This document shows, piece by piece, positions 25,041 through 37,465 of a stretch of 64,000 nt of DNA. Each line of letters starts with the position of its first letter. Positions within the stretch are counted from its first letter, which is position 1. Where the stretch lies: contig JBHGNT010000018.1 of assembly GCA_043228905.1 (NCBI GenBank), positions 10,044,001 through 10,108,000 of the forward strand, written 5' to 3'. A program made the position numbers and the translations under genes. This DNA comes from Azolla caroliniana (Eukaryota; Plantae; Polypodiophyta). The notes beneath the pieces were generated by a model. That model did no database searches, was not told where the DNA came from, and saw nothing but the letters and a program-made list of their open reading frames with translations.

Positions 25041-25465
25041 AAACTGTGTTGTTCTCTGATCGGACAAGGCCTAACACAAGGTGTCGCAGAGACACTTCAC
25101 CAAAGGGTGATTACGGCATAGGATTATGACTCAACGATTACACCGACTTAAGTAGGTTACACGATTAGAGCGCTTTTGTTAATTACACGCGTAAGATATA
25201 ACAGTAATTACAGAACGGAAATCAACACAGAAGTATAAACACCATACGCTCTATTAATTATCCGCTGCGATTACAATGGGGTCCGGGCCTTTAAATAGGT
25301 TTCCGGCCCGTAGTACAAAACGGTGCCTATCGCACCTATTCGGGATCCGTCCGGATCTGGAACGGCATACCGTTTCCAGTCCGTCCGTCCATACTATGCT
25401 TATTTACAACCATACTTAATTAATTCCTTCACTCCGTATTTTGGACTCCTTGCCGGCCGGTAACA

Positions 25466-26423
25466 CACGCCTAACTTGAGGGGGAGAAAGGAAGAACAGG
25501 AACAAGAGTGTGAAAGGAGCGGAGGTGGTCATCACGGCGGAAGTGACCGTGACGCGAAATCAGATGAAGAATTCGATTTCGGGCCGGCTGAAGAAGCCGA
25601 AGAAAAGAGGAAGGGCCATAACCGTAGGGAAGAGCCGAGGACAGCCGAATCAGGGGGAGGTAAGGCCAAGACCAAGACCTGGTTTGACATTGTCAAAGGC
25701 CTAAAGACTGAAGACTAATTGAAGACAACCAATTCTGATGCAAGTGGAATTGAATCAGAAGTGTTCGATTAGGATACGCCGAATAAACTGAAGGCCATGC
25801 GGAGAAAAGGGCAGTGAAGGACGCACCAACACTGTGACAGCAAGGGAGTTGAGAAGGGCCAAACGAGCAGACAAGCCGACCGGAAGGGTCGAAGCGCACG
25901 AAATCGAACGGGTCGAGGAGCACGAGTGAAGGTGAAGCCAGAAGGAACCGGAGGGTAGATCCGGAAGAGTAGACGGAACCTCAAGTTGAGCTTCAGGGGG
26001 AGTGTTGAGTGACAAGCTCAACATTGGGTGCGTAATACGGTGCATAACCCAGTGCGTAGACTGGGTGCATAAAACAGTACGCATAACGTGGCTGTATCGG
26101 TGCGTAAACCAAAAGGCCGTTAGTATGGTATTCCTCGTAAGGAATAATTTTGGGAGTTAGTGTAGTAGGCTCATTTATGAGTAGTCAAGTACTATTAGTA
26201 CTTGTGTTAGCTTGATAGTCAGGGCTTGTATAAAAGGTGCTCACTAAGCACGAAGAATGTATAGAGCGTCACTATTTTTGAAATATAACTGAGTTGTTTG
26301 CTCTCTCCCTGTCTCTCCATCTCCATCTCCATCTCTGTGGTTTCTGCGCTTACCAAACTGTTTTATTTCCAAACTGTGTACTCTGTGTTTACGCACACGC
26401 TTCCGCACACGTATTCTTTTACA
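25466..26423 (+). mobile_element. Copia-1 3' UTR, PPT (~25994-26002) and 3' LTR (26003-~26423)
   Basis: Continues 8653 across TSD CACGC. CAGGGGGAG then TGTTGAGTGACAAGCTCAAC, homologous to Copia-2 LTRs. Confidence 0.9.
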
Positions 26424-27105
26424 AATATGAATATATTGAAAGAAAGAGATATAGAACCTCGTGAATCCCATGAGTGTATTGTATTAGATTAACTTGATAT
26501 TTAAAATCAGAGTAATAAATTGATATAGTTTAGAATAGATTAGAGTAGATTGAGGAAAGAGCTCAAAACTTGTGAATCCCACAAGTATTATATTAATCAA
26601 TATTTTTATTGTAATAGAAAATGTTATCGATTAGGAACACGGTCTGCAGTCAATCCTTCGACCTAGACCTCCAAGTGGTTGTGGAACAATGAATAGGCTT
26701 CTATGCGTAATGCGTAGGGGAATGTTCCCTGTAACCTATCAACGTATAAGGGAGATGGCTACAACCGACTCCTTAGCAATGGTTACACCTACGTTCTTAC
26801 ATGCTCAGGTATTCCAGACACACAGTAGATTAGCCGTAGCTATACACAGACTTTCAGAGAAGATAGAATTCTATTATGATGTGTTTCTTTACATTCCAAA
26901 ATTACACGCTCCCTCTATCAGAGGTTTTCTGCCCTTTATATACGTAGGGTCTATTTAGCCGTTAACGCTTCCTGCGTGAACCGTTACATACGTTATGAAC
27001 TTATATTATTTGTTATTCCTACTCTCTTGTCCGTCGGTTACTATTCCGATGGACAACACCTGGCACGCCTGTGGGACAATGCCTTGGCATGTTGGACCCA
27101 TCCAG

Positions 27106-29879
27106 TTAATCTTCTTCCAAAATGGCCCGGATGTTTGGCTTTGCTGCGGTGTCAGCGTTTGGAGCCGACGTAGGGCCCGTAGGTGCATCATGGTCTGGCT
27201 CCCCTGTTTGGTTGGAATGGTTTCTCCCGTTGTCGCAATCGTCATGTGTGGGCGGTCCGGGTACGATGGGCTCTTCTTGAGCTAGTGGGTTGGGCTCCAC
27301 CGTCATCGTGTTTGCGGTCGGCCGCGGCTTTGTCTCAATCGTTACTTCCTCCGTGGTGTTGGCCTTCTTTGTACGTTCCGGGGAGTGGGGGTGCGATTCC
27401 GCCTGGCCCGCACCGTTCTCCGTGTGGTCCGATGATAGCGTGGGCTCGTGCGGATGAACCTCCTCTTGGGCAGTGGTTTCACTGTTTGGTACTGTGGGGG
27501 ACTCCGCTCGTCGGTCCGCGCTGTTCACCGTTGTTGTAATTTCTGGTGATCTGGCCTGAGGTTCCTCTTCTTCGGTCGTGCCTGGAATTGGCGTCGCGCT
27601 GGATTCCTCATTTGTTTGCGTGTTGCCAGCTTGTGTGATCTGGTGAAATAGCTCCTCCTGGCTTTCACCAAAATCATCTAAGAGCTGCGCGAGTTCTTCG
27701 GAGTGTTGGTCCGCTAGTGCACGATAGTCTTGCGCTAGGTCCTCTCGTACGACCGCAATGCTCTCCTCATTTAGTTTATAGAAACCTCGACCGTCTCTTT
27801 TCGCCGGTTCTCCCAGTCCGCACGATACGCGTGCAATTCCGCTGCTTGGGTTGCCCACGCCATCCATCCTTTGTCCAGCTCCGTTTTCAATTGCGCTATG
27901 AACCTCTCCCAATTTGTTTGGAGAAGGATACACACGTTATCTGTGATGGTCTGATAACGGTTGCATGCATCCTCTATCGACTTCTGGAGGTTTGCAATTT
28001 CTTACTGTTTAACCGCCGCCACTTCTTCGTACGTGGCCTTCAGGTCTGCCCACAGTTGGGATTCCTTTGCATGTTGTTCTTCTAATTTCCCCATTTCATT
28101 GTTTACGCGGATTTCAAGCTGATGCCTTCTTTCCTATTCGACCACCAGCTGCTCGTCGAACCATATCTTCTTTTTCTCTAATAAGGCCTGAAGTCCTGCG
28201 ATTGCCGCCTCCGATTTCTTCGCTTCATCCCGTAATTGGGCGTTTTCGTCTTTTCTCCGGATGTGCTGAGCTACCTCCGTAGCGAGTTTCTCTTCAAGGG
28301 TTTTTACTGCCTTCCGGCCGTTAGCCCGGATCTCCTTTTGTCTGTCTGAGGATTGGCGCAGTTCAGCTCGAAGGCGGTCGATTTCTGATTCTGCAAGTTG
28401 CACGACCCTTTTCGCTTTCGAGGCGATAGCGGTCTAAGCCTCAATTTCTTCCTTCAAAGAGTCGATGGCGTGGTTTGGTGGCGGAGTTGCATGTTGCGCC
28501 GTAGTCGCGTTAGCTTCCAACTCCACGATGTGCTCGTTGGCTTTTTGCAGCTCGGCTTGGGTCATTTTTACCTTCTTCCAGACATTCTTATTTTTAATGG
28601 CCATCTCCTTGGCGCTTGTGCTGACCTTTGCCAGTTCCCTATGGACTTCGACTAGGGCCGTGTTTAATGGGGGTAGCTCCATCCCCACTCGGCATACCCC
28701 GGCGTTCCTCTGTCTGCCGACCCTAGCGAGCTGGTCCTCATCATCGCTCTCCGCCGTTTGTGTCAGGACGCGCTTGATCATGTGGCGCTTTGCGTGCTCC
28801 TTGGCAATTCATTGGGAGGCTTTTATCTGTTGTGTTGCTAGGAATTCCATGATCTCAAAAGAGGTTCCGAATTGTAAGAGGGCGCTGAACTCATGGGCTG
28901 TATCAGGGATATCTGGATATGCCAACACCTCGCTTTCCGCCGTCAATACGGCTTTCCCTCGTTGGGACTAGGTCGTAATGATCAGCTGTGGCTCCTGGAT
29001 GATTTCGAAGGTGGTATTGTGCTCCGTAGCTGCGGAGCCATCGTCGTTGGTCGTTGTGTCTACCGTTGTGGGGACGTCTTTGACCAATCCCCGCCCATGT
29101 TTCCTTTCCTATGCAATCTATGCCGTTTCGGTCTGGGGCTATCCTGCCGTGTTTCGGTGTCTGGCTCTAGGGCTACTGCCACGGAACGTGTCGGCTGTTC
29201 CTCCTGCGTTTTCCGTGTGTCTGGTTGGGCGGGAGGTGTTGTCTGCGTGTCTGGCTGGGCGGGTTGGGGTTCCTCTTCCCACTTTGGGGCCGCTAACTCC
29301 GCTAACCTGCGTTTCGCGGATCCGGGCAGGGGCGTGGGTCAGTTGGGTTGTGGTGCCGGCAGGCCTCGGGGTGGGAATAGTACCATAAGGTACTATTGTA
29401 TGATCGGCTTGAGCTTTTTCCCTGCCTCATACGCATGCAGGCCTTCCCGTAATGCTGGGCCTGTGATGTCCCCCCAGTCGACCGCACGTCCTTAAAAGGT
29501 ATCGATAATGATGCCCGCCTTCTGCTTGGGCATCCCATATGCATTGACATGTACGCAACCGACCTCTAACAGGAACTTGGCAACTTCACGGAAGAAGGGA
29601 TCCGGGATCTGCTTCGTTCTATAGGCCTGGGCGGAGGAGGAATATGGCCCGAAATATTGCTGCAGCGCCTCTGCAGGAGGGATTTTGAAATGCCTTTCGC
29701 CTAGCGATGACAGGTCTAACTATTTCCGGATGGAAGAGTTGGTGACCATGTCGATGTTCAGCTTCCTGGCGATGTCCATGGCATCCGGGTGTGGGGGTGC
29801 CTTTGCGACCCGGATGTACCCGTCTAGGCATTTCTCCATGAGCCATCGGCGTAAGGCAGTAGAGATGAAGATTGACATC
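27106..29879 (-). pseudogene. Extra ORF of element C
   Basis: STALRRWLMEKCLDGYIRVAKAPPHPDA aligns to A SEAARKWLRQHGLDGFLTIMEAPPHKEA. FYKLNEESIAVVREDLAQDYRALAD aligns to A and E C-termini. Confidence 0.8.
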
Positions 29880-30232
29880 GCTAGAGTAGGTTCGTGGGAA
29901 GGAGACTGGTGGTTGCGGTGGGCTAGAGCTCTGTGATAGGATGGAGGAGAAGGTGAGGGGGAGGAGTGATGGGGGCGCTGATAGTTAGAAGGTGGGTTTC
30001 TGTTTTGTGCAGAAGATCTTCTATTTCCTTCTTTTTGTGGCTTAGGGTTCATTGGGCGGTGAGCCATCGTGGTGTTGCGTGTTCTTGAACTAGGAGTCTG
30101 TGCATGCATTTAGTCCTTTTAATAGTCGCTATCTTCTTTTTTTTTTTTTCCGTAATGGTTATATACAGCCTATTTTTACATTATGGTACAAGTGGGACCG
30201 CCCATTTACGACGCGGGTTCTCCGGCTTTGTC

Positions 30233-33200
30233 CTATTTGGCGGTGAATGGGTTAGGTGGCGTAGAGCCCAGGTACGGTTTAAGGCGAAACCCATTCACCT
30301 TTTGCCGTACTACTTCCCCGGCCAGCGTACCTAGTTGGAATGTGCCTTGTTTCGCTCCAATTATCCAGTATGGGCCGATCCAGCGGAAGCGTAACTTCCC
30401 TGGCATATGGCCCATGCGGGTTTGGAAAACCAGTGCCGCCCGACCGACGACGAACTCCTTTTCTCTTGCGTTTTGATGTTGATCCACAAACGCTTTACAC
30501 CGTCGCTGTTCCTGCTCCAACACAGCCATGTTGTGTACGCGTTTTTCCCCGAGTTTGAGTAGCTGGTGGAGCCGTACCTCCTCCGACTTGGCTTCTGATA
30601 GTTGGTCCCGTACCTGAATTCGGAAACTGGGTACCTGCAATTCGACCGGCATCACAGCCTCCAACCCAAACGCTAGTCGAAACGGTGTTGACTGTATGCT
30701 TGTTTTGTAGCTGGTTCTGTATGCCCATAACGCACTCTATAATTTGGTATCCCAGTCCGTTCTATTTTCATTGACGATTTTCTTCAAGATGGTCTGCAAC
30801 GTCTTGTTGGTGGATTCCGCTAACCCATTCATCCGTGGATAATATGGCATACTCTTTTTATGGACTAGGGCATAATGATGTGTTAGTTCCCGAACCACCG
30901 TATTGAGAAAGTGACTCCCCTTGTCACTGATGAGCTCAATCGTACAGCCGAACCGACACCACATGTGCTCGTAAAGGAACCTGGTTGTGACGGCCGCCAT
31001 ATTTTCTCGCAGTGCCTTTGCTTCTACCCACTTGGTGCAATAATCCGTAGCTACCAATATGTATTTATTGCCCGTACGGGCTGTCGCCGGTGTGAAGGGC
31101 CCCACGAAATCCAATCCCCATTTTTGGAAGGGGTCTAGTGGTAATACGGGCTGGTGTGGCATCCTTGCGCCCTCTGTGGGCTGGCCCATCCGTTGACATA
31201 AATCACACTTTCTACAATACTCGGATGCGTCCTTCTGTGTTGTTGGACACTATAAGCCCGCCTGCCATATCTTCCGGGCTGTAACGTCGCCCGCGTAATG
31301 GCCGCCTGCCGTGCCGCAGTGCGCCTCCCGTAAAATTGCTTCTTTCTCATCCCGTTGTACCCCACGTCGCCAAATGCCGTCACTGCCTTTGTGATATAAA
31401 ACTTGTTCTATGAGGCAGAAATTACGGCTTCAGAAGACTAGTCTTTTCTTCTCGTCTGTGCGTAATTGTGGTGGAGGCAGTCCCGTAGTAAAAAAGTATG
31501 TCATCTCCATAAGCCACCGGTCCGGAAAGGTCGATTCCATTATTTCTGTTAGTGCTGCTACCCGCAGGATGTCGGCGTCCGGAAAATCGTCGTCATCTTT
31601 CGGCACTGTTTCTCCATTCTCGAGTCTCCTCAAAAAATCTGCCACTGCGTGTTGCATCCCTGGTCGGTGCTAGATTACGAAATCGAATTCTTGGAGCAAC
31701 AGCATCCATCGCGCCAATTTTCCTGTTAGGGCTTGTTTCTCCACCAAATACAGCAGCGCCGAATGATCCACGTGGAACGTGAATTTCCTCCCTAGTAAAT
31801 AATGCCGGAATTTATTGATGCTATAGATCATCCCTAGCGCCTCCCACTCCGTTGTGGAATAGTTACGCTTTGCTGTTGATAATTTGCGACTAGCGTAGTA
31901 CACAGGCCGGTACCAGTTTGGTTCGGTGAGCTGCATTAGTGCACTTCCTATTGCTATGTCCGAGGCGTCGACGAACACGTGGAATGGCTTCGCCCAAACT
32001 GGTGGTTGTACGACGGGAGCCTGTGTGAGCATTATCTTAAGTGCCTCATAGGCCTTGTCCTTCATTGCGGTCCATTGGAAGGGAGTCTGATGTACGGTAG
32101 CATGTAACGGCGTGGTGAAGTCCGCCAAATATTGTATCATCCGACTATGCCACCGTATTTGTCCTAAAAACCGGCCAAGTGATTTCGCGTTTGTCGTAGT
32201 GTTTGCTTGCATAATCTCGGAGATCTTGTTCGGATCAACCAGTATTCCCTCCTTGCTGACTATATGGCCTAGGAGAGTCCTGCTGGTCATGCCAAAAGCA
32301 CATTTCGTGGGATTCAGGCTTAAGCGTGCGGTGTGGCAACGTTCCAGGCACAATTGCAGGTGCGTAAAATGGTCTATTGTTCTGCCATATACCGCAAAGT
32401 CGTCTAAAAAAACTTGCATGAATGCCGGAATGTATTCCCCAAAGATCTCCGTAATTGTTCGTTGAAATGTTGCCGGTGCCGTCTTTAGCTTGAACATCAT
32501 GAGGACTGCCACATAGACTCCCCAGTCCGTGACAAATGCCGTCTTTTCTTGGTCCTCGGGATGCATGCGTACCTGGTTATACCCACTGAAGCCATCTAAA
32601 AAACTGTACATCTCATGTCCTGCAACGGTGTCCAGTACGCTATCGGTGAAGGGTAGAGGGAATGTGTCTGTAATGGTTACGATGTTTAATTTCCGGTAAT
32701 CCACGCATACCCGTATTTTGCCGTTTTTCTTTGGAACGACCACTATCGGGCTTAACCATGTCACTTGTTTAACTGGCCATATGAACCCTGCCTTCAAGAG
32801 TTTGTCAATTTCTTCTTTTACGCGGGTCGCGTAGTTCGGGTTCTTGCGGTAGCGGCGCTGCTGGACGAGTTTTGCGTCTGTTGCTAAATTGATCTTATGC
32901 TGATAGAACTTGGGATCTAACCCCTTCATGTCCTCGTGAGCCCAAGCAAACACATCTTTATATTTCATGAGTAGTGCGATCATCGTGTTTCTTTGGTTCC
33001 GACTCCGTACCCACATTTACTTCTTTCAGGGCAGAAGCGGTGACTCGTCGTGAAATCTCCATTTCCCTTTCGAATGCCGCTCGTGCTCTACTGAGTTCCA
33101 ATATGGACTCTAGGTTTGGTTCGTAAGCCTCGTCGTGGAGAATAGTGGCCGTGGCATATCCTGCCGCGGTTGCGATGACGTCGATTTCGAATAGCGGAAT

Positions 33201-35290
33201 GATCCTCCAGGTATGCCTCTAATTCTGCATCCTCCACTCCAACCATCATATTTATATTTTCTGCGTATAATGGTGTTATACCCTTGGGTTGTGGCGTGCT
33301 TCCTTCCATAGGTACGCGAACCTTGGTGCATCCGTGTTGGAAACTGATACACTTGTGTTGCCAGCTCTGCTTGATATTTGCTGCCCGAAGCCATGGTCTG
33401 CCCAGAAGCACTGGGTACGCCCCTGGGACGTCCAAGGTGAGGACGACCGCCGAGATGTCGAAGTGATGTTCGCCCACGATAATGCCTATTTTGCGAATTA
33501 ACCCCAATGGTCGTATTGAGCGGGTATCGGCCATTCGGAGCCAGAATGGGCAAGCCTCCTATTCTGAAATGCCTAACTGCTCGCAAGTTTTCACGCTAAT
33601 TACATTGACACCTGAGCCGCCATCCATTACGCATCTAGGAATTTCCTGTCCGTGTAATATTAATGTAATAGCCGGGTTGTGCTGATCCACTAGTGACGGT
33701 CCATCGCTAACGTCTGTAAGGTTTGTAGCGAGGCTCACCTCGGGTATGCCTGTCACCCGTTCTTCCATGGTCTGGCGAAAGCGTGGGACTAGCTGCAGCA
33801 GTTTCTCCATAGTTAACGTTATCTCGCAGCCCGCTAATGCCTACCAAATGGGGTCCGGGACCGGTCCTTCGTCCTCTGCTCGCTCCCTCGCGTTCGCGGT
33901 CTCCTTCTGCATGCGCTCTGTATTGGTCGCGTTTGCTTTTTCCACCCATGCTTGGGCTTGTCGTCGTATCTCGTCTTGCGCAGCCCAATCAACCGTTTTT
34001 GTTTGCTGGTGTGTCGTGACTTGCTGCACTTCCACCGTAATCGTATTGACGGCGGGCCCCTTTCCCTTGTATGCTGGGCATTGCGTGGCATAATGTCCGG
34101 GCTGCTCACAAATAAAACAATGGATGCTTGATTCACCCTTCTCGGCTCCTGGTGGTGTGTGCCGCTCCCCTGGTGCTACTTGCTCCTCGCGGTCCGGCCT
34201 CGTTTGTCGGAATGCACGCGGTGGTTGCTATTGGTCCCGTCATTGTTCCTGGTGTCGCTCATCTCCCGAGCTTTCGTCGTAACGCCGGTGATCTCGATAT
34301 TGCCGCAGCTTACCATGATAAACATTGAAGCCACCCCGTTTGTTTGTCGGCCGATGATTCTCATAGCGCCGACCCCCTTTAGCATAACTCGGATGTCCAC
34401 GATGATCCTCGTCCTCTGGTTCATCTTCCTCGGAATCGTTGTGATTTCGACGATTCCAGTGGTGCCGGTCATCCCGTGGGTTGCGATCCATATACCGTGG
34501 TTGGTCTTCTTGCCTCCTTTGTTCAGTCCAGTGTGGTGGACGCTGGGTGTCCATGCTGCGGATTGCGGGAGTGGCTCTGTTCAACATATTGTATTCGCAT
34601 TGTTCGATTGTGTGAGCCTTTGAGTGGCAGATTGGGCAGTGGATTCGCATATTGCACTCCACTGCGGAATGCCCCGACCCGAGTTCAAGAAAATCGTGCA
34701 CTGGATTGCTTGGCGAAACTGGCGTTCCTCTTCTTGGGGTAACGCTTGTCGTAAGGAGGACATAGAAAACCTTTCCTCCTCCTCGTCCAACTCGAGCTGT
34801 AATGCTCGTTCAATGACCATATCCGCCGTTTCCCCTTTCACGCTATTGTTGTTGAGTGTTGCCCGGATGGGTCGGCGTAATGCTGCCAGAAATGTTTCTC
34901 GAGCCTCATCCTTCGCGGGGCTCCGTTCTAGTTTCCGTCGTAAATTTTGGAAATGTAAGCTGAAGTCTGCAATCGTCTCGGTCGGCAGTTGCTTAATAGA
35001 ACTGTCTGAGGATTTCGCGTTGTGGAACCCTCCGATGGAAGAACCGCAAGAAAGCGGACTGCAACTGATCGAAGGTTGTGATTGCTGGTAAATCCATCTG
35101 TGAATGCCAAAACGCCGCTCGCCCATCCAATGTTAACCCGAACTCCGTCATTTTCGACTGGTACGCTACGGCCTCCGAAAGGCTCTGCTCCATGTGGTTC
35201 GCATTCCAAACATTAAGGAACACGCGAATATGGGTTGCGGCGACGGTTTCGCCGTTAAAGCGGGGGTAGGCAAAAGCCATGCTGGGAGCT
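30233..35290 (-). pseudogene. Element C gag-pol
   Basis: gag, VMDGGSGVN protease, 448-aa RT-RH ORF (31670-33016), integrase ORFs 30737-31189 and 30233-30664; many stops and frameshifts. Confidence 0.93.
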
Positions 35291-36822
35291 ACGACGGGTC
35301 GGTAAAGACCACAGGGTGGCTGTGGTGAGCGTCCTCCCCGCGTCTCGTCGAGGTATTTGGAGAGCGAAGACTCACCTTTGTAATCATGGCAGGTAGTACT
35401 GGGGTTGCTGAGGCGAGGCTTTTGCTGTGCGTGTTCTTCTGTCTGGCGTGTGACGGACCTTGTGATTGCCGGTCTTGTCGTGTTGGTTCTCTGGGGCGTT
35501 TAAGGCTAAACATCCATTCGTCGTTGCTCGTCTGTGAGAAGACACAGATCAACAAGCGTGCCAAAAGTTTTACCGATTAGGAACACGGTCTGCGGTCAAT
35601 CCTTCGACCTAGACCTCCAAATGGTTGTGGAACAACGAATAGGCGTCTATGCGTAATGCGTAGGGGAATGTTCCTTGTAACCTATAAGCGTGTAAGGGAG
35701 ACGACTACAACTGACTCCTTAGCAATGGTTACACCTACGTTCTTACACGCTCAGGTATTCCAGACACACAGTGGATTAGCCGTAGCTATACACAGACTTT
35801 TAGAGAAGATAGAATTCTATTATGATGCGTTTCTTTACATTCCAAAATTACAAGCTCCCTCTATCAGAGGTTTTTTGCCCTTTATATATGTAGGGTCTAT
35901 TTAGCCGTTCACGCTTCCTGCGTGAACCATTACATGCATTATGATCTTATATTATTTCTTATTCCTACGCTCTTGTCCGTCGGTTACTATTCCGACGGAC
36001 AACAGAAAACCCAAGAATCAACACACTATTACAATTTTTCTCCCCACCCTTATATGGGAGAGACTAAGTATAGCCTACCACATGGAAAGCATCATGCTTT
36101 TTCTAAAGTGTTCATGCACACTAGATGTGCATGAATAGTTTTTCCTATTATGCTTTTTCTTCTAATAATAGTGTTCATGCACGTGAGATGTGGATGAATA
36201 GTTTTTTCGATAATGCGTTTTCTTCTAACTATGCACTCTACGTGTAAAAGTAGCTTTTCCGAAAAATATACGTGAAAATGATGATGTGTTAATATAATGA
36301 TAAGGCTTCAAATTATTAACATGAAGGTATAAGGTTCCAATTTAGCCCTATGCATAACTAATATATAGTTTCTTCTTTTTCTTCATATTTATTGAATTGG
36401 GCAGTTTATACGTTTTTCACATACTGTATGAACTACACTATGACAATGGGATGAGGACAACCGTGCATGTTGCGGGGAAGCAGATAAAGTCCTTCAAGAA
36501 GCGGTGTGAGCCGGAACTTGATCCGGGGCTGGAAGAAGGCGGGAGCCAAAAGCGAGGAACCGAAAGGAGACCTGATTGGTGACGATTCGGGAGAGGACGG
36601 GTTAAGGTGAGTCGGAATCCGGAGGATGTGCGGATTGGTGGGGGTGGATGTCATGAAGGATTGCACATGAACGTGTGTGTGCACGGATGCACACAAATTA
36701 AGAGTTATTTACAAACGAATGTAAATAGCATAGGACTAGTGAGTACTAGGGAGTAAGATTTAATGGGTACTTTAAAGACCCGCACAGATAGAGAGGATAC
36801 AAGAATTTGATGTGAAGAAATC

Positions 36823-36847
36823 GGGGGGGGGGGGGGGGGGGGGGGGG
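36823..36847. repeat. Poly-G tract (~25 nt)
   Basis: Homopolymer seen directly. Confidence 0.9.
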
Positions 36848-37465
36848 AGATCTCTAACACTGATCACGATGTAATGGTCTCCCCTAGTGCTATAGAAAGG
36901 GAAGCTTGAGCTTGTTTTAGGAATCGATGATTTTGGAGGACGAAGTGATGTTGGTTTGAGTGCCGAGCTCTTTCTCTCTGTCGCTCTCTATTTGTGTTCC
37001 GTGCTGATTTGGAGAAGAAGGTGAAGCTCTACTCACACAGGAAGCCCGTGAGCTCCCAACCAAAGGTTCATCGTTTGTGTTTGTTTGCGATGGTCGTGGT
37101 TTGAAGCACCGTTACCGGCCAAGTTCGATTGTATTTGTTTCATTCTCTATTAAACATTAGAGTTTTGTTGTGTCTCTTCTTGTGTTTGGGTACTCCACGT
37201 GGTTCCTACTCGTTGCGGTTTGGTGCGCTCCGAGATCGTGTTATTATTCCCGATCTGTTCTTGTTGTGTGCGCATTTGAGCCCGTGAGCTCATCATTGTT
37301 GTCCGGAATTCTGACCGGAACGTTACACTTCTTCAGGCTTGAGCGCTAACTAGTCGGTATCCGAGAATCGTTCCAGATTGGGCATGTGTCTCGAAACCAT
37401 AGTTCTAGCCGTCTGTCCCATTCATGCCATACTCATACGCCAATATTCGTGTCATACTCATACGT

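Larger units (their letters stand above)
8654..25465 (-). mobile_element. Ty3/Gypsy element A (non-chromovirus, Athila/Tat-related, no additional RNase H, extra 3' ORF), interrupted by element B
   Basis: 419-bp LTRs at 8654-9072 and 25047-25465 with about 3 visible mismatches. TSD CACGC (8649-8653 / 25466-25470). gag-PR-RT-RH-INT order on the minus strand. Confidence 0.97.
26622..36004 (-). mobile_element. Ty3/Gypsy element C, same lineage as A, full length but degenerate
   Basis: 437-bp LTRs at 26622-27058 and 35568-36004. TSD GAAAA. PBS-like TGGCACGC at 35563-35556 (minus). Inverted tRNA-like site at 27061-27099. Confidence 0.95.

Noticed and set aside
8654-25465. Reading A/C/E as plus-strand elements with the left site as the sole PBS and antisense gag-pol
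   Set aside because: TATA-like boxes, gag-pol and a TGG PBS all lie on the minus strand, and the plus orientation offers no PPT either.
36440-37327. Possible solo LTR ending in CGTTACA
   Set aside because: LTR-like composition, but I could not find a matching start, a TSD or a second copy.
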